DNA from: an uncultured Gammaproteobacteria bacterium
GTDB taxonomy: Bacteria > Patescibacteriota > Microgenomatia > Daviesbacterales > UBA10151
DNA: 64,000 bases
Reading direction: 5' to 3'
Assembly: GCA_964394855.1 (NCBI GenBank)
Contig: CAYMZD010000001.1
Span: forward strand, 40,340-104,339
Shown here one piece after another: positions 46,333-59,015 of the stretch (position 1 is its first letter; each line of letters begins with the position of its first letter). A program made the translations under genes and the position numbers. The notes below the pieces were generated by a model that worked only from the letters and a program-made list of their open reading frames with translations, was not told the origin of the DNA and did no database searches.

Positions 46333-46896
46333 TTATCTTAGCTCAATTGTGGTAGTAAATGTAACTTCATCTGTTTGAGCCAAGATTGCCTGTGCTGCTT
46401 CCACGGCTGGACCTAAAATAAAATTAATTGTCACTAGATCCTTGTAGCCAGGAGCCTTGTCTCTTTTAAAATAGCCTGATCTCACTGACACCCCTTTTTT
46501 AGGATCATTATCTGTTAAAAGCTCTGGTGACACAGATACATCGGTACTGCTACACCAAGTGCTACTTGATACGGCTGTGGGTTTATCTCTTTCAATAAAA
46601 CCATTTGCACTGGGGGGTGATTTAAAACGGAAGCGCTCATACAGTCCATTTTTGACAATTATGACTGTATCAGAGGGAGTACTGGTTAGCGGACAAACAA
46701 CCAAGTCAGCACCTCTGATAGTTTTATCCATTATTTCCAAAGAGGCCTGACCGTTTTGTTTTATAGAGGCCAAAACCTTGGCCTTGTCGCCTCCACGAAT
46801 TGAGCTGATAAAAATTTCCGTGATCACTATACCCATAATGGCCACTACCGCAGTCACCACTAAGATTTCTACCAGAGTAAATCCCTTTTCACTCAT
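46333..46896 (-). CDS. Prepilin-type protein (minor pilin)
   Basis: MSEKGFTLVEILVV. Confidence 0.7.
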   Translation of the reverse strand: MSEKGFTLVEILVVTAVVAIMGIVITEIFISSIRGGDKAKVLASIKQNGQASLEIMDKTIRGADLVVCPLTSTPSDTVIIVKNGLYERFRFKSPPSANGFIERDKPTAVSSSTWCSSTDVSVSPELLTDNDPKKGVSVRSGYFKRDKAPGYKDLVTINFILGPAVEAAQAILAQTDEVTFTTTIELR

Positions 46897-47438
46897 AATT
46901 TTCTTAAAACTGTGATCAATCTAGATTCATGTGGTCCAGCAAAATCAGTCCATTGAACTACCGCAGTGACCTTTTTTTCTTTATCAAAATTTAAGGGTTC
47001 ATCAGATAAAATGATTATTCTTTTAAAGAGCATCTTTTCTGGGGGAGGTGGAACAGGTTCAGCGGCAGATTCAGGAAAGGTGGTGCTCGAAGCAACCCAA
47101 ATTAGGTCACTACTGGTTGCATTGAGCTTAAAATAACAATCTCCGGCACTACCACAACCACTATAGATGGGATACTCCCAGATAGCTCCAGAGGGATTGC
47201 CATTCCAGGAATTAACTGCCCCGGGTATTAAAACAGTACTATTTCTATCCCTACCAGTTCTGACCTTTTCTATCCCTTCTTGAGCCAATTTAGTAGCCTG
47301 TGCTTGATTTTTGGCAATTTGAGCATTGCGTAAACTAAAAATGGCCGCAAAGACCAAGGCCCCCACTACCAAAATAGCTACCGCTATAACTATGATCACT
47401 TCCAATAAACTTTGTCCCTTTTCCCTGCTACTGAACAT
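46893..47438 (-). CDS. Prepilin-type protein (minor pilin)
   Basis: SSREKGQSLLEVIIV (G|QSLLE). Confidence 0.65.
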   Translation of the reverse strand: MFSSREKGQSLLEVIIVIAVAILVVGALVFAAIFSLRNAQIAKNQAQATKLAQEGIEKVRTGRDRNSTVLIPGAVNSWNGNPSGAIWEYPIYSGCGSAGDCYFKLNATSSDLIWVASSTTFPESAAEPVPPPPEKMLFKRIIILSDEPLNFDKEKKVTAVVQWTDFAGPHESRLITVLRKL

Positions 47439-48018
47439 AAACTCTACCTCCTTTTTCTATTATCACCTGTTTGGTGGAGGTTGTCTTGGTATTTTTTAAC
47501 TGAACTTGAAATTGATTACAAGTTTGATAAGTCACCCGGTCAATAGACGACTCAAAATAAATAGCATTAGTTAAAGGTTTAAAAATAACCGCCGCATATG
47601 AGGTAACATCAGTGGGGAAAGTATTTTCACAACCCGCACTGCCACTGTCAAAAATCTTTTCAATAATGATACTTGAGGGTAATTCATATTTATTGATCAC
47701 TGATTGAGTGAGCACAGCTCCATTGAAATAATAACAGTGGGTTTGAACTATATACTTGCCTTGCTGTTTATAAAAATCAATTTTCCATTGGTCAACAGGC
47801 TGATTAGCACATTTAAGATTAGTTGAAGCATTAGTTTGGGCTGTTCTTAAATTGCTCTGCAAATCTAACAGTGCATTATTTAGAGCTTGTTCCTCTCCAA
47901 AATTCCTAAAACTGGGAATGGCCACCACTCCCAGTATGGCTACCACTGAAATCACCACCAAAAGTTCAATTAGAGTAAAGGCATTCGGGGCAGCTTTGCC
48001 CATATTTCCATTGTACAT
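47428..48018 (-). CDS. Prepilin-type protein. The start was moved to MYNGNMGKAAPNAFTLIELL.
   Basis: NAFTLIELLVV class III signal. Confidence 0.6.
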   Translation of the reverse strand: MYNGNMGKAAPNAFTLIELLVVISVVAILGVVAIPSFRNFGEEQALNNALLDLQSNLRTAQTNASTNLKCANQPVDQWKIDFYKQQGKYIVQTHCYYFNGAVLTQSVINKYELPSSIIIEKIFDSGSAGCENTFPTDVTSYAAVIFKPLTNAIYFESSIDRVTYQTCNQFQVQLKNTKTTSTKQVIIEKGGRVYVQ

Positions 48019-48043
48019 TGTGCAAGTATCCATTGTACACTCC

Positions 48044-48544
48044 CTAGGGAGCTGTGACCGCCAGGTTATATCCTGCTGGTAAAGGAGAGGCGCAATTTGT
48101 CGGATTAGAAATCCCGGTAGGATTCTCCAGATTGGCATACAAACAATAGCCGTTACAGATTGTGATGTCATTATCGCAGCCAACACCAGAAGAAGAATTG
48201 TATGGCACATAGAGATATTGAGAATTTGAGGAAAGAGGATCGACCGGCACCCTGTTCATGTAAGTTTTAGCACCCACCGGATCTGTCAAGTTGCAGGGAC
48301 TGGTGGTATTAAAGGCCACTTTTCCGGCGCTACAGGTCCCACCGTTAAATAACGAATAATTAGATTGATCGTTATGATATTGTTCCAAGGCGGATTGGAT
48401 GGTTTTTAAATCAGATTGCCTCTTGGCATCTCGGCCCTGCCTCAAAACTGTTTGATAGGAAATAAATCCAATCACAGAAAGGATGGCAATAATACTGATG
48501 GCTACCAAAAGTTCAATTAGGGTAAAACCACCATTTTTACTCAC
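48044..48544 (-). CDS. Prepilin-type protein, probable GTG start giving a VSKNGGFTLIELL leader
   Basis: GGFTLIELLVAISIIAIL. The first ATG would give an atypical 24-aa leader. Confidence 0.6.
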   Translation of the reverse strand: MSKNGGFTLIELLVAISIIAILSVIGFISYQTVLRQGRDAKRQSDLKTIQSALEQYHNDQSNYSLFNGGTCSAGKVAFNTTSPCNLTDPVGAKTYMNRVPVDPLSSNSQYLYVPYNSSSGVGCDNDITICNGYCLYANLENPTGISNPTNCASPLPAGYNLAVTAP

Positions 48545-48548
48545 AGCT

Positions 48549-49013
48549 CTATTGTTGGTTGGCCTTGCAGTATGTTCCACCAGCTTCCAAGGTGGCACAA
48601 ATTATCCAGGTATTTTGGTTATATGGTGGTTGGCCAGGCCCCAGAGCAGTACCAGTAGAGTTATTACAAGTTCCACTAGCAGTCCAGCAATACCTGACAG
48701 AAGCAGCAGTCTGTGGATCTAGGGGTAGTGAACTATCAACAAACCAGTCTGGATTAGAACAATTATAACTATATGTGGGAAAGGGCGAGTTGGCACACAG
48801 GCCTGGATATTTCCCGACATCAAACTTACCATAATGAACTTCCATGGCTTTAGATATAGCATCAATATCTCCTCTCCTTTTGGCATCTCTGGCATTTTTT
48901 TGGACACCGCTAAATACGGTGATGCCAATCACAGAAAGAATGGCAATAATGGAAACTACGACTAACAGTTCAATCAGAGTAAAGCCCCTTGAAGTGGGCA
49001 GAAATTTTCTCAT
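48549..49013 (-). CDS. Prepilin-type protein
   Basis: SRGFTLIELLVVVSIIAIL. Confidence 0.7.
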   Translation of the reverse strand: MRKFLPTSRGFTLIELLVVVSIIAILSVIGITVFSGVQKNARDAKRRGDIDAISKAMEVHYGKFDVGKYPGLCANSPFPTYSYNCSNPDWFVDSSLPLDPQTAASVRYCWTASGTCNNSTGTALGPGQPPYNQNTWIICATLEAGGTYCKANQQ

Positions 49014-49060
49014 CTATAACTATTATTTAGGAAAAATTAATACTTTGTCAAGTGCCAATC

Positions 49061-49951
49061 CTAAAATATCAACTTAAGTATTTGGTTGCCCCAGAAAAGA
49101 ACCGTTAGCGAGCCCAATACTAAAAACGGCCCAAAGGGGATGGTTTGTCCAAAACTTTTTTTACCCATGATGACTAAACCAACCGCCACCACTGCTCCTG
49201 ATAAAAATGCCAAAAGAACTGCCAAAAGGGCTAAAGGAAAACCCAATCCCAGTCCTATAAAAGCCCCCAACTTCACATCACCCCCACCCATACCTTTTCC
49301 CCGGGTTAACATAATTAGCAGTAAAAAAAATCCAGCAATACCTATCCCTAAAAGAATCGACCAAAAGATAGGTTCTATAATCATGACTATATGCCTTTTT
49401 AGGTAATCGTTGTGAGGAGGCAAAAGAAACCTGCCCAGAGAATCACCCGCCAGATAGTAGTAGAGATACCAGATTTTATAAACAGTCACTGCTACCAATG
49501 AGGCAAAAGTGATAATAATAGCCGGTATCATCACTTTATCTGGAATAAGGTTTTTCTTTAAATCAGTCAAGGTGACTACTGCTAAAACAGTGATAAAATA
49601 TATTTTAAAGACTAGCTCATAGAAAAAAATGGTTAGTTTAAATTGATTACCAAGAGGTGGTGAGTTGGTCAAAGATTGTCCAAAAAGCATTGCTATTAAA
49701 AGGCCCAAAAATATCTCCACCCATAAATAGTTCACGCCTATTTTTTGGTGGCAAAAACGACATCTGCCTTTGAGCAAAACATAGGACAAAACAGGAAAAA
49801 GGTCGTACCACCTAATAGCATTCTTGCATTTAGGACAATACGACCTTCCTAAAAAAGATACTTTTTTTAGACTTCTCTCGGCCAAAGCTTGCGCTAAACT
49901 TCCTATGATACTACCTATAATAAATCCGAAAAAAAGCCAAAGTACTAACAC
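49061..49951 (-). CDS. pilD: Prepilin peptidase (A24 family) PilD
   Basis: N-terminal CPKCKN...CRFCHQ zinc-binding tetracysteine and polytopic membrane domain with GGGDVKL. Confidence 0.8.
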   Translation of the reverse strand: MLVLWLFFGFIIGSIIGSLAQALAERSLKKVSFLGRSYCPKCKNAIRWYDLFPVLSYVLLKGRCRFCHQKIGVNYLWVEIFLGLLIAMLFGQSLTNSPPLGNQFKLTIFFYELVFKIYFITVLAVVTLTDLKKNLIPDKVMIPAIIITFASLVAVTVYKIWYLYYYLAGDSLGRFLLPPHNDYLKRHIVMIIEPIFWSILLGIGIAGFFLLLIMLTRGKGMGGGDVKLGAFIGLGLGFPLALLAVLLAFLSGAVVAVGLVIMGKKSFGQTIPFGPFLVLGSLTVLFWGNQILKLIF

Positions 49952-49957
49952 TTAAAT

Positions 49958-50491
49958 TTAGTAAGCACACCCAGCCACTACTCCAATCAACTTGAGATTG
50001 GAACCGACTTCATACTTGGTATCATCATCACCGCCATCTTTAGTCATCTTATCTTTTTGTTGATCAGATTCCAAGATAGCATTGATTTCCCAAGCGTCAT
50101 TATCGGCACAATAAGCATAATGAGCGGTAGCATCATTAGTTGGATCAGCTGGTAGGGTTGGTACCGAAACGCTCTTTTGGCTACCTAAATTCACCTTCAC
50201 CCATCCTGTACCATCAGATGGTCTAGAGTTTGCATCCGAACTCTTCCCAGAGCAGGGATAGGCTGCTCCACTACATAAGATTGCGCCACCGGAGGTAGTT
50301 GCCTCTTGGACAGCCACATTGATGGCTTGTTGCAAATTAGCTAAATCAGTTAACCTTGCAGAGTCACGACCACGCCGAGTTAACTCGAGCGGGTTAATAA
50401 TAAGTACTACTACTGCTGCCAAAATAGCGATGATAGCTATCACCACCAAAAGTTCTACTAAAGTGAAACCACGGGCAGATTTTCTAGTCAA
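49958..50491 (-). CDS. Prepilin-type protein (candidate major pilin)
   Basis: SARGFTLVELLVVIAIIAILAAV. Its position beside pilC and pilD suggests the major subunit. Confidence 0.65.
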   Translation of the reverse strand: MTRKSARGFTLVELLVVIAIIAILAAVVVLIINPLELTRRGRDSARLTDLANLQQAINVAVQEATTSGGAILCSGAAYPCSGKSSDANSRPSDGTGWVKVNLGSQKSVSVPTLPADPTNDATAHYAYCADNDAWEINAILESDQQKDKMTKDGGDDDTKYEVGSNLKLIGVVAGCAY

Positions 50492-50609
50492 ACCTTCTCA
50501 CCTCCTTACTTTTTGTTTATGACTAAATCTATTGTAGACATATCTTTATTAAGTTAGTCAAGAGGGAAAAATTAAAATAACGTTGTCAGCTTTAGACGAA
50601 GTCGCAAGC

Positions 50610-51812
50610 TTAAAACGAAGTTGTAAGCTTATAAATGGGCAAAATGATAGAGAGCACCAAAAATGTCACACCAATACCCAAAACTATCAAAATAATTGGT
50701 TCAATAGCCACAGTTAAGTTCTTCACTAAATGGTCTGATTCCGACTCAAAATATTCGGAAAGTTTATAAAATATTTCATCAACTTTTCCTGTCTCTTCTC
50801 CCACCCGCACCATTTGTCCCACAATTTTGGGGAAAACCGGTAAACTCAAAAGTTGAGCGGAAAAATTCAAACCTCGTTCTACTCCAGAATAAGATTCTTT
50901 GAGAGCCTGTTTAAAAACACTATTTTGAGTGACGTTTTCCACAATGTTAATAGATTCCAGCAGGGGGATGCCAGCTGCAGTTAAAAGACCAAATGTACGA
51001 GTGGAGGTGGTTAAAGTAACATTAGTGATAACCTTACCCACAATGGGAATACGAAGATAGAGTCTATCCAAGGCAAATCGGCCTTGGGGAGTTTGAGCCC
51101 ATCTTTTTAGTGCTATGATAGAAACAATTAATAAGGCCAACATGACCCACCAATAATTAATAAATAAATTTGATGTGGCTATTAATATTTTGGTGGGTAA
51201 GGGAAGATCCAAAGTTGATTCTTTATAGAGAGATGTCAGTTTAGGAATAACAAAGGTCATCATAATAATCACCACCGCCACCATCATAGAGACTACTACT
51301 ATTGGATAAATCAATGCTCCTCTCACTCTGGCGCGAAATTCTCGATCCTTTTCCAAACTATCTGCCATTTTAAGTAAGACTTCATCTAATTTTCCAGATG
51401 CTTCACCGCTTTTAACCAGATTAATGTAAAGAGGAGGAAAAATGTCTTTGTGTCGGGAAAGCGATAGGGCAAAAGGAAATCCTCCTTTGATATCATTGGA
51501 AATTTCCCCCAAAATCTTTTTTAATTTTTTATTAGTTTGTTGCTCCTCTAAAATATCCACAGATTCTGAAAGTGTTAGGCCGGCACTAACCATGGTAGCT
51601 AGTTGTCTGGTCATGGTCACTAGTTCCGAGAAGCTGACTCTATCAAAAAGTCTGGCCAAAAAATTATCTCCACTTTCAGCTTTAGGAGTCACAGAGATAA
51701 CCACCAAACCCCTTTTACGAAGCAATAAAACTGCCGTGTGTAAATCAACTGATTCTATGACACCTTGATGTTCCTCCCCCTGTTTATCTTTGGCTTTATA
51801 AAAAAAATTCAT
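50610..51812 (-). CDS. pilC: Type IV pilus platform protein PilC (GspF family)
   Basis: Two GspF-type repeats and three TM segments. Typical size, about 400 aa. Confidence 0.8.
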   Translation of the reverse strand: MNFFYKAKDKQGEEHQGVIESVDLHTAVLLLRKRGLVVISVTPKAESGDNFLARLFDRVSFSELVTMTRQLATMVSAGLTLSESVDILEEQQTNKKLKKILGEISNDIKGGFPFALSLSRHKDIFPPLYINLVKSGEASGKLDEVLLKMADSLEKDREFRARVRGALIYPIVVVSMMVAVVIIMMTFVIPKLTSLYKESTLDLPLPTKILIATSNLFINYWWVMLALLIVSIIALKRWAQTPQGRFALDRLYLRIPIVGKVITNVTLTTSTRTFGLLTAAGIPLLESINIVENVTQNSVFKQALKESYSGVERGLNFSAQLLSLPVFPKIVGQMVRVGEETGKVDEIFYKLSEYFESESDHLVKNLTVAIEPIILIVLGIGVTFLVLSIILPIYKLTTSF

Positions 51813-51830
51813 ATATAAAATAAAGTGATT

Positions 51831-52883
51831 TCAGCCAAGTAGCTTATCTAATAAATCTGGTCTTAGGGCATATCGCATGGCCACTTCTGCGGAGATCTTC
51901 CCAGCCTTGACCAAAGTTGCCAGAGAATATTCTAAACTCATCATACCCAACTCGGCAGAGGTTTGAATTAAATTATCCAAAAGATAAGTCTTTCCTTCCC
52001 TGATGATATTTCTGGTAGCTGGCACACCAAATAAAATTTCCGTGGCCAATGTTCTACCGGGGGATAGGGTAGGCACCAGTCGTTGTGATATAATTGCTTC
52101 CAAAGTGGCAGCCAGCTGCAAGCGGATTTGTGGCTGCTGATTTTGTGGAAAGACATCAATAATACGATCAATACTTTGAGAGGCGGAATTAGTGTGTAAG
52201 GTGGCAAAAACTAAATGACCAGTTTCAGCAATAGTCATGGCAGAGGAGATAGTTTCCAAATCGCGCATCTCGCCAATTAGTACCACATCTGGATCTTCTC
52301 GCAAGATTGCCTTTAAGGCATTGCTCCAAGATTTTGTATCTGAATAAATTTCTCTTTGGGAAACTAAAGCTTTTCCTCGAGGATAAACATATTCAATGGG
52401 GTCCTCCACAGTAATGATATGAGCTGGCCTCTGGTGATTAATACTGTTAATGAAGGCGGCTAAAGAGGTAGATTTTCCCTGACCAGTGGGGCCTGTCACC
52501 AGAATAAAACCCTGTTTTAAGTCAGTAATCTTACTCAATACCTGCGGCATACCTAACTCCGCCAGACTGCGAATAGTCAGAGGTATCATTCTCAAGGCTG
52601 CCGCAGGATAATTTTTTTGTTTGTAAAGATTGACTCGGAAACGTCCTTTTCCCTCAAAATCAAAAGAAAAATCTAGTTCCCAATTTTGAAAAAAAATATT
52701 TTTTTGTGTTTCTGTCACTAACGAGGTAATCATGCTTTCCACACCGGATGGGGAAAGCAGGTCTTCACCAGGAACAGGAAAAAGTTCTCCCTGAATTCGC
52801 ATCAAAGGAGGAAAACCAACCACTAAGTGCAGATCTGAAGCATTCTTACTGATAGTTAGCTCAAGTAATTGTTGAATAGTCAT
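51831..52883 (-). CDS. pilT: Twitching motility retraction ATPase PilT
   Basis: VTGPTGQGKSTSLA Walker A and AETGHLVFATLHTNSA His box. No N-terminal GSPII_E N domain, which separates it from PilB. Confidence 0.8.
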   Translation of the reverse strand: MTIQQLLELTISKNASDLHLVVGFPPLMRIQGELFPVPGEDLLSPSGVESMITSLVTETQKNIFFQNWELDFSFDFEGKGRFRVNLYKQKNYPAAALRMIPLTIRSLAELGMPQVLSKITDLKQGFILVTGPTGQGKSTSLAAFINSINHQRPAHIITVEDPIEYVYPRGKALVSQREIYSDTKSWSNALKAILREDPDVVLIGEMRDLETISSAMTIAETGHLVFATLHTNSASQSIDRIIDVFPQNQQPQIRLQLAATLEAIISQRLVPTLSPGRTLATEILFGVPATRNIIREGKTYLLDNLIQTSAELGMMSLEYSLATLVKAGKISAEVAMRYALRPDLLDKLLG

Positions 52884-52884
52884 G

Positions 52885-54606
52885 TTATTCTTCTGCCACC
52901 CTTAAGACCTCTTCCAAAGAGGTCACCCCTTCTAAAACTTTTAAATAACCGTCTTGTTTCATCGTCATCATGCCAGTCTGGCTGGCTGATTCTTCTATCT
53001 CTTGGGAGGTGGCGTGTTCTAAAATCTGCTTGGCGATGTTTTCCGAAATAACTAGCACCTCAAAAATACCAATCCTCCCCAAATAGCCAACATGATTACA
53101 CTGCACACATCCTTGGCCCTTAAATAATTTTAAGTAAGGTGCATCTTTAGATTGAGGAAGTAAACGACCCAGTACTGCTTTAATGTTCTCCACCACTTCA
53201 GGTGGTGCCTCAAACTCAATGCGACAGTTGGGGCAAATCTTTCTCACCACCCTTTGAGCAGCTATGGCATTAACTGCAGAAGCCAACAAAAATGGCTCTG
53301 CTCCCATATCTAAAAGTCTGGGTAGTGCCCCGGCAGCAGTGTTGGTATGTAAAGTGGAAAAGACCTGATGACCAGTTAGAGCAGCCTGAATTGCCAAATC
53401 AGCAGTTTCACTGTCACGAATTTCTCCCACCATAACAATATTTGGATCTTGGCGCAGAAATGAGCGCAGGGCCGAGGCAAAAGTTAAACCAATAGCTGGG
53501 TTAACCTGAACCTGATTAACGCCAGGAATTTGATATTCAACTGGATCTTCAATAGTTAAAACATTAACCGATGTCTTAGAAATTTTGGTCAAGACAGAAT
53601 AAAGGGTGGTAGTTTTACCTGAACCAGTTGGGCCGCAGACTAAAATGATACCATGAGGCCGAAGCAGCTGGCTTTCCAGATTTTTTAAGGCTAAACCCCG
53701 CAGCCCTAACTCTTGTAGGGTGGGGGCGGCCACGCTTTTGGGAAGAAGTCTCATCACCACTTTTTCTCCAAAAACCGTAGGAATGGTGGAGATACGCAGA
53801 TCTACCACATTTTTGTTATAAGTAAAAGTAAAACGACCATCCTGGGGTAGGCGTTTTTCATCTATTTTTAAAACTGCCAAAATCTTGATGCGGGAAACTA
53901 GGGCATCATGTACTCCTTTGGGTAAAATTATTTTTTCATGCAAAATGCCATCAATCCGAAAACGTACTCTGGTTTTCTCCTCCATTGGTTCAATGTGAAT
54001 ATCTGAAGCGCGAGTTTTAATGGCATATTCTAAAAGTTGGTTAATAATATTGGCCACCGGTGCTTCTCTGATAACCTCGGGAGCTTCTATGGCCACTTCT
54101 TGAGGATTAATGGCCGAAACTTCTTTTAGGGCTGATGTCACCTCTGTGGTTAAATTTTGAGCATATTGGTCGCTGACCGCTTTTAATATATCCTCCGGTA
54201 AACCTAAAAATGGTTTAATCCTCATGCCGCTTTTTTTCTCAATAAATTGAATTACTTGTAAATCTAGAGGGTCTGCCATGGCTACATAAAGCTCCTCACC
54301 CTTGCGATCAAAAGGAACTAAAATATATCTTCTGGCCACTGGTTCTGGAATATAATTAAGAATATCAGCGGGGATGGCTTTACCTTCAAGTTTGACAAAG
54401 GGAACATTCAAAAGTGTTGCTCTGGCTGCAGCTATTTTTTCCGTCGGCACCAAATTATGTTCAACTAGGATTTTTTCCGTAGACTGACCCGTATTGATAC
54501 TCTCCAATTTGATGGCTGAAAGTTGGTCTTGAGTCAAAAGACCCTGTTGAAAAAGAATATCGGCAATGGAGGGATTTTCCTGTGTTTGAGCAGTTTGGTT
54601 GGGCAT
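52885..54606 (-). CDS. pilB: Type IV pilus assembly ATPase PilB (GspE family). The start was set at MPNQTAQ.
   Basis: N-terminal GSPII_E N domain. VCGPTGSGKTTTL Walker A. CPNC...C tetracysteine motif. Confidence 0.8.
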   Translation of the reverse strand: MPNQTAQTQENPSIADILFQQGLLTQDQLSAIKLESINTGQSTEKILVEHNLVPTEKIAAARATLLNVPFVKLEGKAIPADILNYIPEPVARRYILVPFDRKGEELYVAMADPLDLQVIQFIEKKSGMRIKPFLGLPEDILKAVSDQYAQNLTTEVTSALKEVSAINPQEVAIEAPEVIREAPVANIINQLLEYAIKTRASDIHIEPMEEKTRVRFRIDGILHEKIILPKGVHDALVSRIKILAVLKIDEKRLPQDGRFTFTYNKNVVDLRISTIPTVFGEKVVMRLLPKSVAAPTLQELGLRGLALKNLESQLLRPHGIILVCGPTGSGKTTTLYSVLTKISKTSVNVLTIEDPVEYQIPGVNQVQVNPAIGLTFASALRSFLRQDPNIVMVGEIRDSETADLAIQAALTGHQVFSTLHTNTAAGALPRLLDMGAEPFLLASAVNAIAAQRVVRKICPNCRIEFEAPPEVVENIKAVLGRLLPQSKDAPYLKLFKGQGCVQCNHVGYLGRIGIFEVLVISENIAKQILEHATSQEIEESASQTGMMTMKQDGYLKVLEGVTSLEEVLRVAEE

Positions 54607-54631
54607 ATCTCCATTATGGTAAAATTGCGCT

Positions 54632-57245
<2,614 letters not shown>

Positions 57246-57249
57246 TAGA

Positions 57250-57996
57250 ATGAGTAACTATTCAAAAATAGCTGCTATAGTTTTAGCTGCCGGCAAAGGC
57301 ACCAGAATGGGCAGTAGTATTCCAAAAGTTTTGTTGCAAATTGGGGGTAAAACTTTAGTAACCCACACTTTGGACAAATTACAAGTTGTCGGCATAAATC
57401 ATATTTACATTGTAGTAGGTTTTCAAAAAAATGAAGTTAAAAAAATATTAGACAAAAAATGGAACTTTATTGATCAAAAGAAGATGTTAGGGACAGGAGA
57501 CGCAGTCAAGAAAGCTCTTCGCCATATTCCAAAAGAAGTAGATAAAATTTTAGTGATAAATTCTGACGATGCTCTTTTTTATCAACCTAAAACATTAACT
57601 GAAATCATCCATAGATATCTAAAATCCAAGGCTAAGATGACTATTTTAACCTCTATTCAAAAAGGGGTTGACATTTCCGGCCGCGTTATCAGAAATGAAA
57701 TTGGCAAAATAATTGAGATTAAACCAAATTCCCAAATGAGCGAAGAAGAGTTGAAACAAAATAATGAGGTAGTTTGTGGTTTATATATTTTTGATCGCGA
57801 TTGGTTGGAAAAAGAACTTCCCAAGATAAAACCGGGTAAAAAAGGCGAATACAATATTACATCACTAATAGATATAGCCTTGCAATTTAACTTACTACAG
57901 GATATAATATTATCTAACCCAGACGAATGGCGAAGTATTAATACTCCCAGAGAGTATAAAAATGCCAAAAATCTGTGGCAAAAATTATATGACTGA
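57250..57996 (+). CDS. Sugar-phosphate nucleotidyltransferase (GlmU N-terminal-like)
   Basis: AIVLAAGKGTRMGSSIPKVL (GxGTRM) nucleotidyltransferase signature. Confidence 0.65.
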   Translation: MSNYSKIAAIVLAAGKGTRMGSSIPKVLLQIGGKTLVTHTLDKLQVVGINHIYIVVGFQKNEVKKILDKKWNFIDQKKMLGTGDAVKKALRHIPKEVDKILVINSDDALFYQPKTLTEIIHRYLKSKAKMTILTSIQKGVDISGRVIRNEIGKIIEIKPNSQMSEEELKQNNEVVCGLYIFDRDWLEKELPKIKPGKKGEYNITSLIDIALQFNLLQDIILSNPDEWRSINTPREYKNAKNLWQKLYD

Positions 57997-58972
57997 ACAT
58001 AAAAACGGTAAAGAGAGAGCAGATTTTCATGTCCATCTAGGCGACAGGGAAGATGCTGATATTGTTAGAGAAGCCTTGGATAATCACGTTACTGTGGTGG
58101 CCGTAATGGATAGAGGCATTGTCCGTATTGAAAAAGTGAGGAGGTTAGTTGCCTTGGGTGAAAAAGCCGGAATAATAATAGTTCCTGGGGTAGAATGTTT
58201 TACGGAAATACAAGATAAGAGCGGTAAAACAGCTCCTTTTGAACTTATTGGCCTAGATTTTAATCTGGGTTCGCCTACATTATTTAATGATTTTGACCCT
58301 CGAGGAGAAGTTTATTCAGGAAGACATGATGTTAAGGTAACTTTCCAACGAGAGTTTCTGGAGAATCAGGGTTTTAATATGACCCCCAACGAACAAACTC
58401 AATCAATGTGGGACATAGTTAATTCTGCTCAGATACTTGATACTGCAGTTAGACTTTGCGGTATTGCGGCTCAAGACAAAGCTACTATATCCAGATTGAT
58501 ACAATCTACAAAGTTCCAGAGCGAACTTGAATCGCACCATTCCCACCGACCACAAGATAGGGGGGACCTAGCCAAATTCCTTTACTGGAAATATTTCGCT
58601 TATGGTACTCCCGGATATAAAAAATGGCATCCAGAACCTAAAACTATTATAGATTCCATTAAAAAATCCGAAGGAGTGGTTTTATTGGCTCATCCCAGAT
58701 TTCAGCATGTTCAAGGAGATCTTACTATTTTAGATGTCATGGCAGATATCTTTAAATTGGGTATTGACGGTTTAGAAGGATGGGATCATGGTAACCTAGA
58801 TATAGAACTTGCTATAATGGCCAGAAGAAGAGGATTGTTGGTTCTGGGGGGAAGCGGTAGGGATATCTCATATAACAATAGAATCCTTGGTAGAGGCGCG
58901 GTTGGAGAGGAAGAAATGTTTATCTCCCCCAGGAGATTAAAGGAGCTAAAAGCTTATCCAAGAAATCGTTAG
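57962..58972 (+). CDS. PHP-like metal-dependent phosphoesterase (hypothetical)
   Basis: DFHVH N-terminal His pair and a later HP...GSG region. Weak. Confidence 0.35.
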   Translation: MPKICGKNYMTEHKNGKERADFHVHLGDREDADIVREALDNHVTVVAVMDRGIVRIEKVRRLVALGEKAGIIIVPGVECFTEIQDKSGKTAPFELIGLDFNLGSPTLFNDFDPRGEVYSGRHDVKVTFQREFLENQGFNMTPNEQTQSMWDIVNSAQILDTAVRLCGIAAQDKATISRLIQSTKFQSELESHHSHRPQDRGDLAKFLYWKYFAYGTPGYKKWHPEPKTIIDSIKKSEGVVLLAHPRFQHVQGDLTILDVMADIFKLGIDGLEGWDHGNLDIELAIMARRRGLLVLGGSGRDISYNNRILGRGAVGEEEMFISPRRLKELKAYPRNR

Positions 58973-59015
58973 TATAAATTGTCCGGCTTTAATTTATCAC
59001 AAGCCTTTTCTAAAA

